Shown here: one piece after another, positions 25,300 through 38,293 of the stretch
Layout of the letters: every line of letters starts with the position of its first letter
Numbering within the stretch: position 1 is the stretch's first letter
From: Chiloscyllium plagiosum
Taxonomy: Eukaryota
Length of the DNA stretch: 57,350 bases
Direction of reading: 5' to 3'
Assembly: GCF_004010195.1 (NCBI RefSeq)
Contig: NW_025215357.1
Location: 63,486 to 120,835, forward strand
Notes under the pieces: generated by a model
The model's input: only the letters and a program-made list of their open reading frames with translations
Database searches by the model: none
What the model was told of the DNA's origin: nothing
Position numbers and translations under genes: made by a program

Positions 25300-26820
25300 A
25301 AAATTCCCATCAAAGCTGCTGGGAAATGTAAACTTGAGTTAATTAATTAAAGAGAAGTAGTCTTAGTAAAATTTCTGCAAAATTATTGGCTTGTAGTAAA
25401 ATCTTTTTGTTTCACTGATGTCCTGCAGGGGAAAGAAATCTGCCAGCCACCTTATCTAATCATCCTGACGTGGTCTGACTCCTATGTGACACTAAACCCA
25501 CAGTAAGCTAGTTATGCTTAACCATACTCTGAAAGTCACTCAACTGTGTTAAACTCCTACAGAAACAATATGAATAAAACCAGACAAATCTCCCAGCAAC
25601 AACCTTGGCATCAGACACAGCAAAGATATACATGGCCTTGCAAGCCTCACTAACATGTGGGAACTTGCATCAAACTGTATCACAGACTAGTCAAGTAACA
25701 GTCCAACATATAGGGTTGCTCACAGAGTCACTTCCATCCACCATCCCAGACAACACAGGACAAATGCAACCCAGCCAATTATAACCTGAATAATTAGCTC
25801 TTGATTATCAGCAAAGCCATGGAAAGTATCATTTACTATGCTATCAAGCAGCACTTACAACATCACAAACACATTCACTAATACTCATTTGGGTTCCAGA
25901 AAAATTCAGCTCCTGACCTCTGTACAGCATTGGTCCAAACGCGAATAAAAGAGCTAAATTCAAAAGGTGAGGTAAGATTCACTGTCCTTGTCATCAAGGC
26001 AGCATGTGACAGAAAATTGGAGTCAATGGGGATCAAGAGGAAAAGACTCTTTATTGGTTGCATTCATGCCAGCATGTCAGAAGATAGTTGTGGTTGTTGA
26101 ATATCAGTCATATCAGTTCTGGAGCATTTCTCAGGAGTGCCTTCGGGTAGTATCCTAGGCCCAACCATCTTTAGCAGTTTTGTCAATGACCATTCCTCCA
26201 ACATAAGGTTAGGAGTGGAAATGAATGGGAATGATTGCGCAGTGTTTGGCACCATTTGTGACTCCTCAGGTACTGAACACAATCCATACTTTTTCTCAGA
26301 AAGAGCAAGGCAATATTCATGTTCGGAATGATATGTGGCACAAATATTACTTGCTACCTAAGTGACAGTCAATGATCCTCTCCAATGAGACAGAAACTAA
26401 CAATCTTTCCTTGCCATTCAATGGCATTGCCATCCCTAAAATTCTTGCTATCTGAAGTGGATTAACAATATAAATATTATGGCTGCAAGTGCACATCAGG
26501 AGCTAGGAATTCTTGGCAAGTGACACGTATCTCAAATCCTGACTCTCCAAGAATGTCCACTATCTACAAGGCACAAGTTAGGCATTAGATGGAATATTCT
26601 CCACTTGGCTGGATGATTATATCCTGACTCGGAATTACATTGTCAATCTTTCACTGGGTCAAAATCCTGGAACTCCCTTCCTAATGACACTGTAGGTGTA
26701 CCTACTCCATCTTCTATCCCAATGGACTGCAGGTCAAATAGGCAGCCCACCACCTTCTCGAAGGTAATTAAGGATGAACAGTAAGTTTAGCCTATCCAGT
26801 TATTCCACACCTCCATAAAA
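25300..26820 (+). mobile_element. SacSINE/Deu-like segment followed by old CR1-like LINE fragments
   Basis: gtttcactgatgtcctgcaggggaaagaaatctgcc Deu-type block; GVPSGSILGPTIFSSFVND RT motif (ORF 26137-26331). Confidence 0.65.
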
Positions 26821-28591
26821 AAAACAAAATTAAAAACTCCCATACCATCCCTGAGTATCTCCTTTGCTAATGGCAGAACAACCTATCAGAGAAAGCATGA
26901 CAGTCAAGAGGACTGTGTCTGGGAGTTTACAGCATTGACTCTATAAAACCACAAGGCATCAGATCAAATATGTGCAAACAAAGCTCCAGCCGATTACCAC
27001 TTAGCATAATTTTTCAAGTGCAGAGTCAATGCTCCATATTGAACACAACTTGAAGGAAGCTTTGAGGATGTCAGTGGACATCTTCAGTCTTCAACACCAC
27101 TTGCTTCTGACTGAGTTGACTGAGTCCTGAAAGACAGGATTACCAGCTTGGCCAAGCGGCATGCAGTTTGAGAAGAGCAAAGAGAACAACCTACTTTACA
27201 ACTCGCTCTCTCCCAGTTACATTGATTAATGACTGCAATGGCCACCATTTCTTCAGTGTCGCTCGATCAAATCCTGGAACTCTTGGGAATAACAACACTT
27301 TAGGATTAGCTTCACTCTATGTATTGCAGTGTTCAAGGAGAATCATTTTAGGCAATGGATAACAGGCTTTGTCAACAGTGCCCACATCCTGAGAATTAAT
27401 TTTTAATAAAAGACCATTATGACTGTAAACTGCATAATAAAAAAGTTTAGTTTAAAACTTTAATGTGTTTAGATTATCACGTATCCCAAAGAAGGATGTA
27501 TTAATAATAAGTAATTGTTATACAACGTATTGTGTCTCAGTTTGACATAAAAGGAAACTGGTGGAGGAGGAGGGGAACATCCATAGAAAAATTCCCTAAA
27601 ATCTCTGTACCATGTACATCCTGTGTAGACAATTAATCAAAGTTTGTTTATAGCTGCTATTTTTAAAGGAAGGTAATTATACGTAACTGAATGAAAGTTT
27701 CAATGCACCTTGAAGACCAAAAGACATTTATTTCCCCTAACAAACTACCGAAAGCGTTCTCCGTGGAGCACATTTCCTTTGCTCCATTAAATAGGATAAT
27801 CGACTGCCCAAAATGATTTTATAGAATTATTTGACACAAAGTCAAAATTTACAGAATTTACTGCGTGTAAAAGATTAAGCAGATTCAGGAAAATAATCCA
27901 GTAGAATTAATAAAAGAAATAAATTCAATAAAAGGCACATTGCTTGCAACTCAAGTTGTAATAATTCTGAGGATTATTATTATATTGTATCATTGTTTTT
28001 GTGCTACACATCTTGAACTCCAGATTGTATTACCGTTTGCGGTACATTTCCAGCCTGTAACATCTCACTCAGGTCCAGCAGCTTCACACAGATTCAAAGT
28101 CACAAAGCTTGCTTTTTGTTATGAAGTTAGTCCAGGACCCACAAAAAAATTCCCCTAAAGTGAGGTCAGAGGAGAGTTTGAATAACAGAACAGGAGACTT
28201 GACAAACATCATTTCTGTGTAAAATAGAAAAATACAGTACTGTATACAATGTTGCCACATTTTAAGTGAAATAGGCATTAGAGGCAACAGTTTCTTAAAG
28301 TTCTTTAAAACTCCCTTACATTACACTAGTTATTTTCCTTCCTCCGACCCACTCATAGATAATGCTAATTCTCCTAAAAATGTCATCAGATTTTCAAAGG
28401 TAGTCAAGCATTACTTTAATTTAGTCTAAAATAGCTAGCAAATTCCTTTTACAAGAAATAAACAAGCATGTTGCTTGGAAGCTGTTTTTATTGCTTTTTA
28501 GAATTTCCAACCTAATATTTTTCAAATTTACTTATATTTGAACAAAAAAAAATTTTGTCTGATGAAATTTAAATTGAATTAACTTCTGATC

Positions 28592-30480
28592 ACAAGACCA
28601 TAGGATATTATGGCAGAATCAGGCCAATCAGCCCCTTGAATCTGCTCCACTGTTTGATCATGGCAGATATGTTTCTCAACCCCATTCTCCTGCCTTCTCC
28701 GCATAACCTTTGATCCTCTTAACGATCTATCTCTCTTAAATAAACGCAATGGCTTGGCCTCCGCAGCCCTCTGTGGCAATGAGCTCCATAGATTCACTAC
28801 CGTCTGGCTGAAGAAATTCCTCCTCATCTCAATTCTAAAGGATTATCCCTTCACCCTGAAGCTCTGCCCTTGGATCCTACTCTCTCCTTCTAGTGGAAAC
28901 ATCTTCTCCACATTCACTCTATTCAGGCTTCTCAGTATTCTGTAAAGTTTCTGTCAGAACCCACCTCATCCTTCTAAACTTCACTGAGTACAGACTCAGA
29001 GTCCTCAGTTGCCCTCATATGATAAGCTCTGCATCCTGGGATCATTCTTGTAACTCTCCTCTGGCCCTTCTCCAAGGCCAGCACCTTCTTCCTTAGATAT
29101 GGGACCCAAAACCGCTCACAATATTCCAAATGCATTCTGACCAGAGGCTTATCTAGCCTCAGCAGTATGTCTTTGCTCTTGTATTCTAGCCCTCTTGAAA
29201 AGAATGCTAACATTGCACTTGACCTCCTAAATGGCAAATGAAGCTGCAAATTAACCTGAAGACGATTGTGAACTAGGACTCCTAACTCTCTTTGTGTTGC
29301 AGATTCCTGAAGCCTTGCCCCATTTAGAAAATAATCTACACCTCCGTTCTTCCTACCAAAATGCATAACCTCACATTTTCCCACATTGTATTTTATCTGT
29401 CACTTCTTTTTCCACTCTCCTTGCCTGTCCAAGTCCTTCTGCAGCCTCCCTGCTTCCACAACACTATCGCCTCTTCACCTTTCTTTGGATCATCGACAAA
29501 CTTAGCAACAGCCCTCAGCTCCTTAATTTTTGACGTGTAACGTGAATAGTTATGGTCCCAACATGGACCCCTGCAAAATCTTTCTAGTCACGGGCTGCCA
29601 TCCTAAAAAAGATTCTATCCCTACTCTCTGGGTTTGGCCACTCAACCAATCCTCAATCCATGCCAGTACCTTGCCCCTAACATCATGGGTTCTTATATTT
29701 ACCAGCCTTCTGGTGTGGCACATTGTCAAAAACCTTCTGGAAAATTGAATACATCACGTCCACTGGCTCTCCTTTATCTAACTTGCTCGTTACCACATCA
29801 AAGAATTCTAACAGATGTGTCAGACATGACCTCCCCTTGATGAAACTGTGTTGATCCAACCTACTTTACCATGTACTTCCATGTACAATCTCATCCTTAA
29901 TAATTGACTCTAAAATCTTAGCAATGACCGAAGACAGCCTAACCGATCTATAATGTCCCTCCCTTTTGCCTCCCTCCCTTCTTAAACAGGGGTATTATGT
30001 TATCATTTCCCAGTGCTCTGGGACCTTCCCAACTCCAATGATCTCTCAGTGATCACCATCAAAGCCTCTGCAATCTCCTTGGCTATCTCCTTCAGAACTC
30101 TGGGCTGTAGTCCAGCTGGTCCGGGTGATTTATGCACCTTCAGATTTTCAGCTTCTGCAGCACCATCTTCTTAATGATGCCCACTACACTTACCGCTGTC
30201 CCCCAACTCTCTTGAAGTTCTGGTATGCTGCTGGTGTCTTTCACTGTGAAAACTGATTAAAAGTACCTGTTCAGTTCCTTTGCCATTTCTTTGTTCTCTT
30301 TTACTACTTCTCCAGTCTCATGTTCTAGTGGTCCAATGTCCACTCTTGCCTCTGTCTTAACTTTTAGATATCTTAAAAAAAACTCTTGCAGCCTTCTTTT
30401 ATATTACTCTCATATTTCATCTTCTCCCCCTCATTGCCTTTTTAGTTATCCTCCGCTGGCTTTTAAAGGCTTTCCAATCC
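28592..30480 (-). mobile_element. CR1 LINE ORF2 3' portion
   Basis: Minus-strand ORFs KCEVMHFGRKN..LVRMHLEYC..FWVPYLRK and RRNFFSQTVVNLWSSLP; 3'UTR ends near 28592. Confidence 0.92.
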
Positions 30481-30606
30481 TGTGGGAGGAAACTGGAGCA
30501 CCCGGAAGAAACCCCCACAGACACGGGGAAAGTGCAATCTCCACATAGACAGTCACGTGCAGGTGGAATCGAACTTGAGCTCCTGGCACTGTGAGGCAGC
30601 AGTACT
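30481..30606 (-). mobile_element. HE1 SINE 5' fragment
   Basis: tgtgggaggaaactggagcacccggaagaaacccccacagacacgggg is the reverse complement of the SINE core. Confidence 0.85.
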
Positions 30607-30830
30607 AACTATTGACCCTTTGCCAGTTTTCTTGTAGTAATCCAGACATTATGATATGTTTGGTTCTTCTTTCTAATTTAGGCCCTAGCTGCTCATATTC
30701 CCTCAGCAGAACTTCTTTCCTATTTCTACCAATATCACTGGTATGTATGTGGATCACAACAACTGGATCTTTCCCCTCCCACTCAAGGTTCCTTTGCAGC
30801 CCAAATGAGATACTTTGTACTAATTGAATC
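30607..30830 (-). mobile_element. CR1 ORF1 esterase (SGNH-like) fragment
   Basis: EGKDPVVVIHIHTSDIGRNRKEVLLREYEQLGPKL..IIMSGLL resembles the VVVHIGTNDIG block of CR1 ORF1. Confidence 0.75.
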
Positions 30831-30835
30831 AACTG

Positions 30836-31120
30836 GGGTCGCATGGTGGCTCGCACTGCTATATCACAGCAATTCGATTCCCACCTAGGGTGACTGTCTG
30901 TGTGGAGTTTGCAAGTTCTCCCTGTGTCTGTATGGGTTTCCTCTGGTTTCCTCCCACAATCCAAAGATGTGCTGGTCAGGTGACTTGGTCATGCTAAATT
31001 GCCCATAGTGTTAGGTGCCTTAGTCAAGGGTAAATATAGGATGGGGGATGGGTTACTTTTTGGAGGGGTGGTGTCGACTTGTTGGGCTGAAGGGCTTGTT
31101 TTCATACTGTAGGGAATGTA
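30836..31120 (+). mobile_element. HE1 SINE (V-SINE superfamily)
   Basis: tRNA-like head (partly deleted), tgtgtggagtttgca..gggtttcctc core and LINE-derived tail. Confidence 0.85.
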
Positions 31121-32104
31121 GCTGCACATTTTTCCTAAGTTGGAATTAATTTTCAGTGCATACCAGATCCACTAAACCTTGTAAATGAAACAAAATATTT
31201 AAAAAAGGATGGAGTTAAAGCTAAAGAAAGACATGGATGTGTGAAAACATTGTAATGTCAGTCTATAGTATGTTCATGCTCATGGTAAGAATACCCTTGC
31301 TTTGGGATATGAGCAGGCAGAGGAAGTTGAGTCATTCAGGAGGGGAAAAAAAGAGAATATTGATGGAAAACAAAAGGTTTAAATCTTTTATTGGAGTGAC
31401 GCAAATGACACTATTGAGCAACCCTTTATCTTACAATTTGGATGAAATTTTGGATCTTTGGCATCAGGTGGCTGAATCAATCTAGAAAATGGAGTTACTT
31501 ATAATCATTTTTTTAAAAAGCAAGTCAGTGTTAGACTGAAGTTAAAGAAATTACATTTAAGATAGTAAGGAAATCATTTTTCAATGGAATATTCTTCTGA
31601 CAAATGTTTTTCCAGCAAACGTCAGCAAGCTAGTTTGAACTAGAGATGATCTGTGTCAAACTACTAAGTAATTCATAAAAGAAGGTGTGTACCAATATCC
31701 CCAATTTCCTTTAAAATTGTAGAGTTGTTTCTGTAAATATATTTATATTTTTGTTTGCTATTTTTAATATTCCTGTTAAAAAGGTAGCATTGGGTAGGAA
31801 AGGATGCGCTTTTAAAAACAATGCATCACTGTAATCTTTCATTCTCATCACAATTCATTACAACTTCCAAAAGCATTCTCTAAAATTCACTGAATCTGTA
31901 CTGAATCTTCACATCTCACTCTTGGAATTCAAAACAAAGACAACTTATGCACAGTCAAAGGGTCAGAAAGACTTCGACTATTGAGAAGCAGGATACCTTC
32001 AGCTTGTCTTGGAACCAGGCTATTGTAGACCAACTGATTGTCTTCTGTCAATACCATTTTAAGGACTCTGGATTGAACAGAGATTTAACAGCCAAAATTC
32101 TTCG

Positions 32105-32332
32105 GAACATAAGAGTGGGGGTAGGCCATTCAGCTCATTGAGCATGGCTGACTGAACACTTCAATGCCTTTTACCCAACCCACCTCCATAATCCCAGTCA
32201 TCAGAAATCTATCAACATCTGCCTTTAGATTTTGAGCTTCCCCAACCATCTGGTGATAGAGAATTCTAAATGTTCACAATTTTCTGAGACTTGAGAGGTA
32301 TCCCCTCATTTTTAACTTGTGTCTCTGGTTCT
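32105..32332 (-). mobile_element. CR1 3' end fragment
   Basis: gaacataagagtgggggtaggccattcagc.. is the reverse complement of a CR1 3'UTR. Confidence 0.65.
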
Positions 32333-34434
32333 GAACGGTGCTCGTTGCACTCAATCAAGTATTAACCCTTGTAACTGTAATGGTTATCAATGTAACAATA
32401 ATGGTTATCAGAAAAATAGGTTGTGTGGAGTTGTTGAAATGGTCAGAAAAGATTAGGAGTGCATTACAATAAGTACCGTCCACTATGGAGATGTGAGGAT
32501 TTGATGGGAGTAAAGTAGGATCTCTGAGGAGATAGACTGAGGGCTAGATCCTCCCAACAACCTTTTTACTATGTGGAGCCTACTCTTATAAATTGTATTT
32601 AGTTACAGAGATGCAATAAGCAATGTTTTGTTTACTCAACAAGACTCTCATTCGGTGAGAAAGTAGTTATCCTCGCACAAGCCAGACCACAAGGCCCCTA
32701 CAGAACCCATACACTTAGATGATATGGAAGAAGTCACACATAATATATACAACTTTGAACAACTGCAGGTTGGCCCAACGTACTTAAGATCCATTTACCT
32801 CTGAAGTTTGGTCATTGTTTGTAATGCAGGAAATATGATGACTAATCTGTGCATAAACCATTGATGTGATAATGACCAGATAATCTGTTTTCAGCTGAAT
32901 TTTGTATAATGTCACACTACGTTGTTGTGAAGATCAGTAAAGGATGCAACTTTGATGGCAGAACTCAAAATAAGCATGATCCATTTACTTACTAAGACAT
33001 TGAATTTAGATCAATGTTTAGATTGTTTGTGCCCGTAAAAATTGAGATATTGACTGTGTTAAAATACATCTGTTAGTCATTTACATGTTAAAATACATCT
33101 GTTGGATCAAGTTCAACGTGAAGATCTCCTGCTATGTCATAAGCTGCCAATTTGAAGAGAAAATGAATTACTGAAACAATTTGTGAGGTCAAGATTCTCA
33201 TACTTTTAAGCTACTCTTCAAATGTAATAGGAAACCACTTCAAGTAAGAAGCATTTACTGTTATCTTGGTGTTACAGGCGGGAATTTGTGTATGTCCCAT
33301 GCCGTTGCTCCCAAAGTATTTAAGACATGGAGCTTGGATGTGATGTCTAACTGTCAGCACTGAACTGTGTATAATTTTGAATGTCTTTTTAAAGTTAGCA
33401 TTCAGTGTGCACTTTGCGGGCTAGTGGTTACATTAGTTAAATTAACGATTCCACTTATGTGACATCTGAAGGTAATCTATTCACTTGTTAGTATCTGATT
33501 TCCTTGTCAGAAGAATTCAGCACATAATGCTCACTTTGCTTTCTTTTGTTAAGTTTATTTTATTTGATTTGAAGCATGCAGCATGATAGATAAATACAAG
33601 ACACAAGATCAATTCTCTAATCAGGAAGGAAAATTAAGTAACATTCTTTGTACCACTTTTAGTACGTTGGCAGTCTTTGATTCAGCTGCATGGTGTTCCT
33701 GTGACTGCTCGATACAACAGAACATGGATCAGTGCTATTTAATGGGGAATTGCATTGGTAAATATGCAATGCAGTCACTGTTAAAGAACTTTGCACCTAA
33801 AGCAAGGCACCATAGTTTTTGTCGGATGACAGCTGGCTGTCATCAAGCAGTATATGAGAAAGAATGCCAGGAACCCAGGAACAACTCTATTTAATGATGA
33901 TAGCCTCAACATCCTGTTGGAAGAAGCAACAATGAGCGAAGTGGAGATGAGCAGCAGCCTGCTGATTGCAAATGTTGCATAGCGAGGTTATAGTGAACAG
34001 AAATTGCAGTCTTCAGCATTCATTGGCCAAGGGCCAAATATGAAGAAAGAGCCTCCACTATAAGGAAATAAATGCCTGCACACTATGGGCACTAAAGGCT
34101 CATACATTATCATGATGTTAGACCAACAAGGCAGCCTACAAATCACTGGGCATATCACACCTATACTATGTAGATGGAATTCCATCTCAAGCATTTGTGG
34201 TGCAAAGCCCTTGACTTCTGATGGGTAAAACCAATTTTCAGCACTTATTTAATGAATCCAATTTCTGCTGTAGTGATTGGTAAATTGTTATCATTTCTCT
34301 AATCTTTGAAATCAATTTCAAATCGTATAAAATGTTTCATTTACTGCCACTGCAGCTACATGCCTTGAAGAGCATAAAATACAGAAACGAATGCTCCATT
34401 AGTTTTACATACAGAGTGTTGTTATGTATTATAG

Positions 34435-34580
34435 GAGGGCCCGAGACTGAAACTGAAACTGAAAAGCAAATGGATGCTTTGTATCTTAAAGCTTTGGAAG
34501 GATTTATCATGATGGCCACGCAGGATGGAGATATCATTTTCCTATCAGAAAATATTAGCAAGTACATGGGTCTTACACAG
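34435..34580 (+). CDS. EPAS1: EPAS1 coding exon (exon 3; start of PAS-A)
   Basis: tatag|GA acceptor in the phase needed after exon 2; CAG|gtgagt donor; 146 bp. GPETETETEKQMDALYLKALEGFIMMATQDGDIIFLSENISKYMGLTQ. Confidence 0.93.
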
Positions 34581-35774
34581 GTGAGTTACTAACTAACAAA
34601 ACCCAGTTTCACAATGCGTTTAGAATAGCGATTGAATTTGGGATTTATGTCTTGTACTTTCCCTTTGAAAGTTATACATAGTCTTCAATGATGGAGAATG
34701 GAGGTCAGCATATTTAGTGTCATAGTTAGCATGTCTGTAACTCCATTGAAGTATATAGTTCTGTATCGTTGCATTTGTAAGTGTCCTGATAATGGAATAA
34801 ACATAATCAGCAATACACAAATGTCAGTCTGATACAAAACTGCAGCAAAATAGAATAATATTGCATGTTAAAGATTGAGGGAGTCTACTTTCATGGTGGT
34901 TTATGTCATTTTCCTGGGGTTATCATGACTTTTTCTTTGAAGTTCTAGGGCTAAGTGAGGAACTCCTTGTGAATACACTCTCTCTAACCCCCCCTCACCA
35001 TGCTCACCAGTTATTTTTGATTCTGTCAGGGTTTGTTAGAAAAATGTGTAAATAAATAGTACATTTATTCTGACCAAGTTACACTTCCTGCAGGTTACAG
35101 GTCCTTCCAAATACAAAGCAATATTGTGTTCTTGCATTTGTAGAACCCTTTGAATGAAGACAGAATCTTCCTTGAAGCAACCAATAAAACATGCATTTTA
35201 TATGTCTATAAGGCCAAAGTGATCACATTCAAGTTGGTGAGAGGTTCCAACACGTCATGGTGTTATGACATTAAGGGATTAATTTGGATTCTGTCAAGTG
35301 GAAATATTGAGCCCAATTTTTCAGTTTTTTTTGAAAATTCATTTGTAGGATGTTATTATTGGCTAACGTTTTTTTGACCATTCCTCATTAATTGAAATTG
35401 GTAGATTGCTAGGCTATTTCAGAGAGTAGTTAAGAGTCAACCATTTTGCTATGGGTCTGCTGTCACATGTAGGACAGAAGGAGAAAGAATTTCCTTCCAG
35501 AAAGGACACTAATGATCTAGATGTGATTTGACAACCATCGGCAATAAGTTGATAATGGTACAGAACTAGGACCAACTTTCTGTTCCAGATTTGTTGATTA
35601 ATTGAATTTAAATTTCACCAGTTGCCATGATGGAATTTGATGGATCTAACATGAGAATCTCAGTCCTTGCATCATGCACTAATACTGCAACAGATTACAG
35701 TGTTCTTTAACAAATCTGGAACTGAAAGCTATCCTCATTAATATTGCCATGATATGATTGTTGATTCCTTGTTT

Positions 35775-35870
35775 TGATTCCTGATGAAGGGCTTATGCCC
35801 GGAATGTTGATTCTCCTGGTCCTCGAATGCTGCCTGGCCTGCTGTGCTTTTCCAGCACCACATTTTTGAC
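35775..35870 (+). mobile_element. Single arm of the hammerhead mini-element family, about 110 bp upstream of the exon 4 acceptor
   Basis: CTGATGA-a-gggc-ttat-gccc-GGAA (GAAA box mutated) followed by ctgctgtgcttttccagcacca. Confidence 0.8.
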
Positions 35871-35935
35871 TGACTTCTTTTGAGCATGGATTTGTTTGAC
35901 CATGTTAAATTGGGTGTTTCACTGGTGAACTTTAA

Positions 35936-36085
<150 letters not shown>

Positions 36086-36221
36086 TAATAACAATTTCTG
36101 TTTTACATCCCTTTGGCTTACAAACTATGAATAACATGGGTTAACAAGCAATCATGTCCCATGTGGTTGGCACTTTTACATAAGCCTCTGTTCGTCTCTG
36201 AGAACAGCGTATTAATAGACA

Positions 36222-36895
36222 TTGAGTCATAGAGATGTACAGCATGGAAACAGACCCTTCAGTTGAACTTCCCCGTGCTGACCAGATATCCCAACCCAAT
36301 CTAGACCCATTTGCCAGCATTTGGTCCATTTCCGTCTAAACTCTTGCTATTCAGCTACCTATCTAGATGCCTTTTAAATGCTGCAATTGTACCAGCCTTC
36401 ACCACTTCCTCTGGCAGCTCATTCCATACACGTACCACCCTCTGTATGAAAACGTTGCCCCTTAGGTCCATTTTATATCTTTCTCCTCTCACCCTAAACC
36501 TATGCCCTCTAGCTCTGGACTCCCCTCTAACCAACGTCCTGTACAGTCACAACATGACCTCCCAACTCCTGTACTCAATACTCTGACCAATAAGGGAAAG
36601 CATACCAATTGCCTTCTTCACTATCCTATTTACCTGTGACTCCACTTTCAAGGAGCTGTGACCCTGCACTCCAGCAACACTCTCCAGAACCTTACCATTA
36701 AGTGTATAAGTCATGATCTGATTTGCTTTTCCAAAACGCAGCACTTCACATTTATCTAAATTAATCTCCATTTGCCATCCATTGATCAAGATCCCGTTGT
36801 ACTCTGAGGTAACCTTCTTCGCTGTCCATTACACCTCCAATTTTGGTGTCATCTGCAAACTTACTAACTATACCTCTTATGTTCTCATCCAAATT
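36222..36895 (-). mobile_element. CR1 (HER1-like) LINE 3' fragment, internally deleted
   Basis: WQMEINLDKCEVLRFGKAN..IEYRSWEVML on the minus strand; 3'UTR complementary to 38050-38290. Confidence 0.9.
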
Positions 36896-37154
36896 ATCTT
36901 TACATTTCCTTCTCTTTTGGGAAAGTCCAATACCTCTTCATACCCTCTGGTAAACAGATGGATGCAGTCTGTATTTGTAGCAATATTTGAAGGAATACAG
37001 AGGCTGGAATTTTCCACAATGCAGTGAAAGTCTGGTGTGGGTGTGGAAGCCAGTTCTGTGTGGGGGTGGATCAGACACAGTTTTGTGTGTGACCATGCAG
37101 TTCTCAGATTATTACGCAGGCATTCAACAGGCAAACAGTGAAGCTGATGGAATC

Positions 37155-37290
37155 AATACAAAAAATTGCAGATGCTGGAAACCAGCAACAAAAACAGAAG
37201 TTGCGAGAAAAGCTCAGCACGAGTGGTAGCATCTGTGAAGAGAAATCGAAGTTAGTGTCTTGGGTCCATTGACCCTTCTGAAGAACTGCA
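37155..37290. mobile_element. Single arm of the 14592-type mini-element
   Basis: aacaaaaacagaagttgcgagaaaagctcagc..atctgtgaagagaaatc matches 14630-14695. Confidence 0.75.
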
Positions 37291-37369
37291 CGTGAATCTT
37301 ATGGGGCAGACAGCAAGTTCTTGCTCCTGCCATTACCAGTCAGGGTCAAAGACCGTGGCCAAATTTTAA

Positions 37370-38293
37370 AGGACACATAGAAGGGCTGATTAGGGATAGT
37401 CAACATGGCGTTGTGCGTGGGAAATCATGTCTCATGAACTTGATTGAGTTTTTTGAAGAAGTAACAAAGAGGATTGATGAGGGCAGAATGGTGGACGTGA
37501 TCTATATAGACTTCAGCAAGGGGTTCGACAAGGTTGCCCATGGGAGACTGGTTAGCAAGGTTAGATCTCATGGAATACAGAAGAAACTAGCCATTTGGAT
37601 ACAGAACTGCCTCAAAGGTAGAAGACAGAGGGTGGTGGTGGGGGGTTGTTTTTCAGACTGGAGGCCTGTGCCCAGTGGAATGCCACAAGGATCAGTGCAG
37701 GGTCCACTACTTTTCATCATTTCTATAAATGACCTGGATGTGTGCATAAGAAGTATAGTTAGTAAGTTTGCAGGTGCACCAAAATTAGAGGTGTTAAACT
37801 TGAAAGGGTTCAGAAAAGATTTACTAGGATGTTGCCAGGGTTGGAGGATATGAGGTGTAGGGAGATGTTGAACAGGCTAGGGCTGTTTTCCCTAGAGCAT
37901 CGGAGGCTCAGGGGTGACCTTATAGAGGTATATAAAATCTTGAGGGGCATGGATAGGATAAAGAGACAAAGTCTTTTCCCTGGGATGGGGGAGTCCAGAA
38001 CTAGAGGGCATAGGTCTAGGGTGAGAGGGGAAAGATATAAAAGAGACCTAAGGGGCAACTTTTTCATCCAGATGATGGTACGTATATGGAATGAGCTGCC
38101 AGAAGATGTGGTGGAGGCTGGTACAATTGCAATATTTAAAAGGTATCTGGATGGGTATATGAATAGGAAGGGTTTGGAGGGATATGGGCCAGGTGTTGGC
38201 AGGTGGGATTAGATTGGGTTGGGATATCTGGTCGGCATGGACGGGTTGGACCGAAGGGTCTAATTCCATGCTGTAATCTCTATGGCTCTATGA
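37370..38293 (+). mobile_element. CR1 (HER1-like) LINE, 5'-truncated and internally deleted
   Basis: ORFs GKSCLMNLIEFFEEVT..DFSKGFDKV..SGMPQGSVQGPLLF and RRLRGDLIEVYKI..; (ctatg) tail. Confidence 0.95.

Noticed and set aside
34415..34434. Upstream acceptor acag| for exon 3
   Set aside because: It gives phase 2, which is incompatible with the phase-1 end of exon 2.
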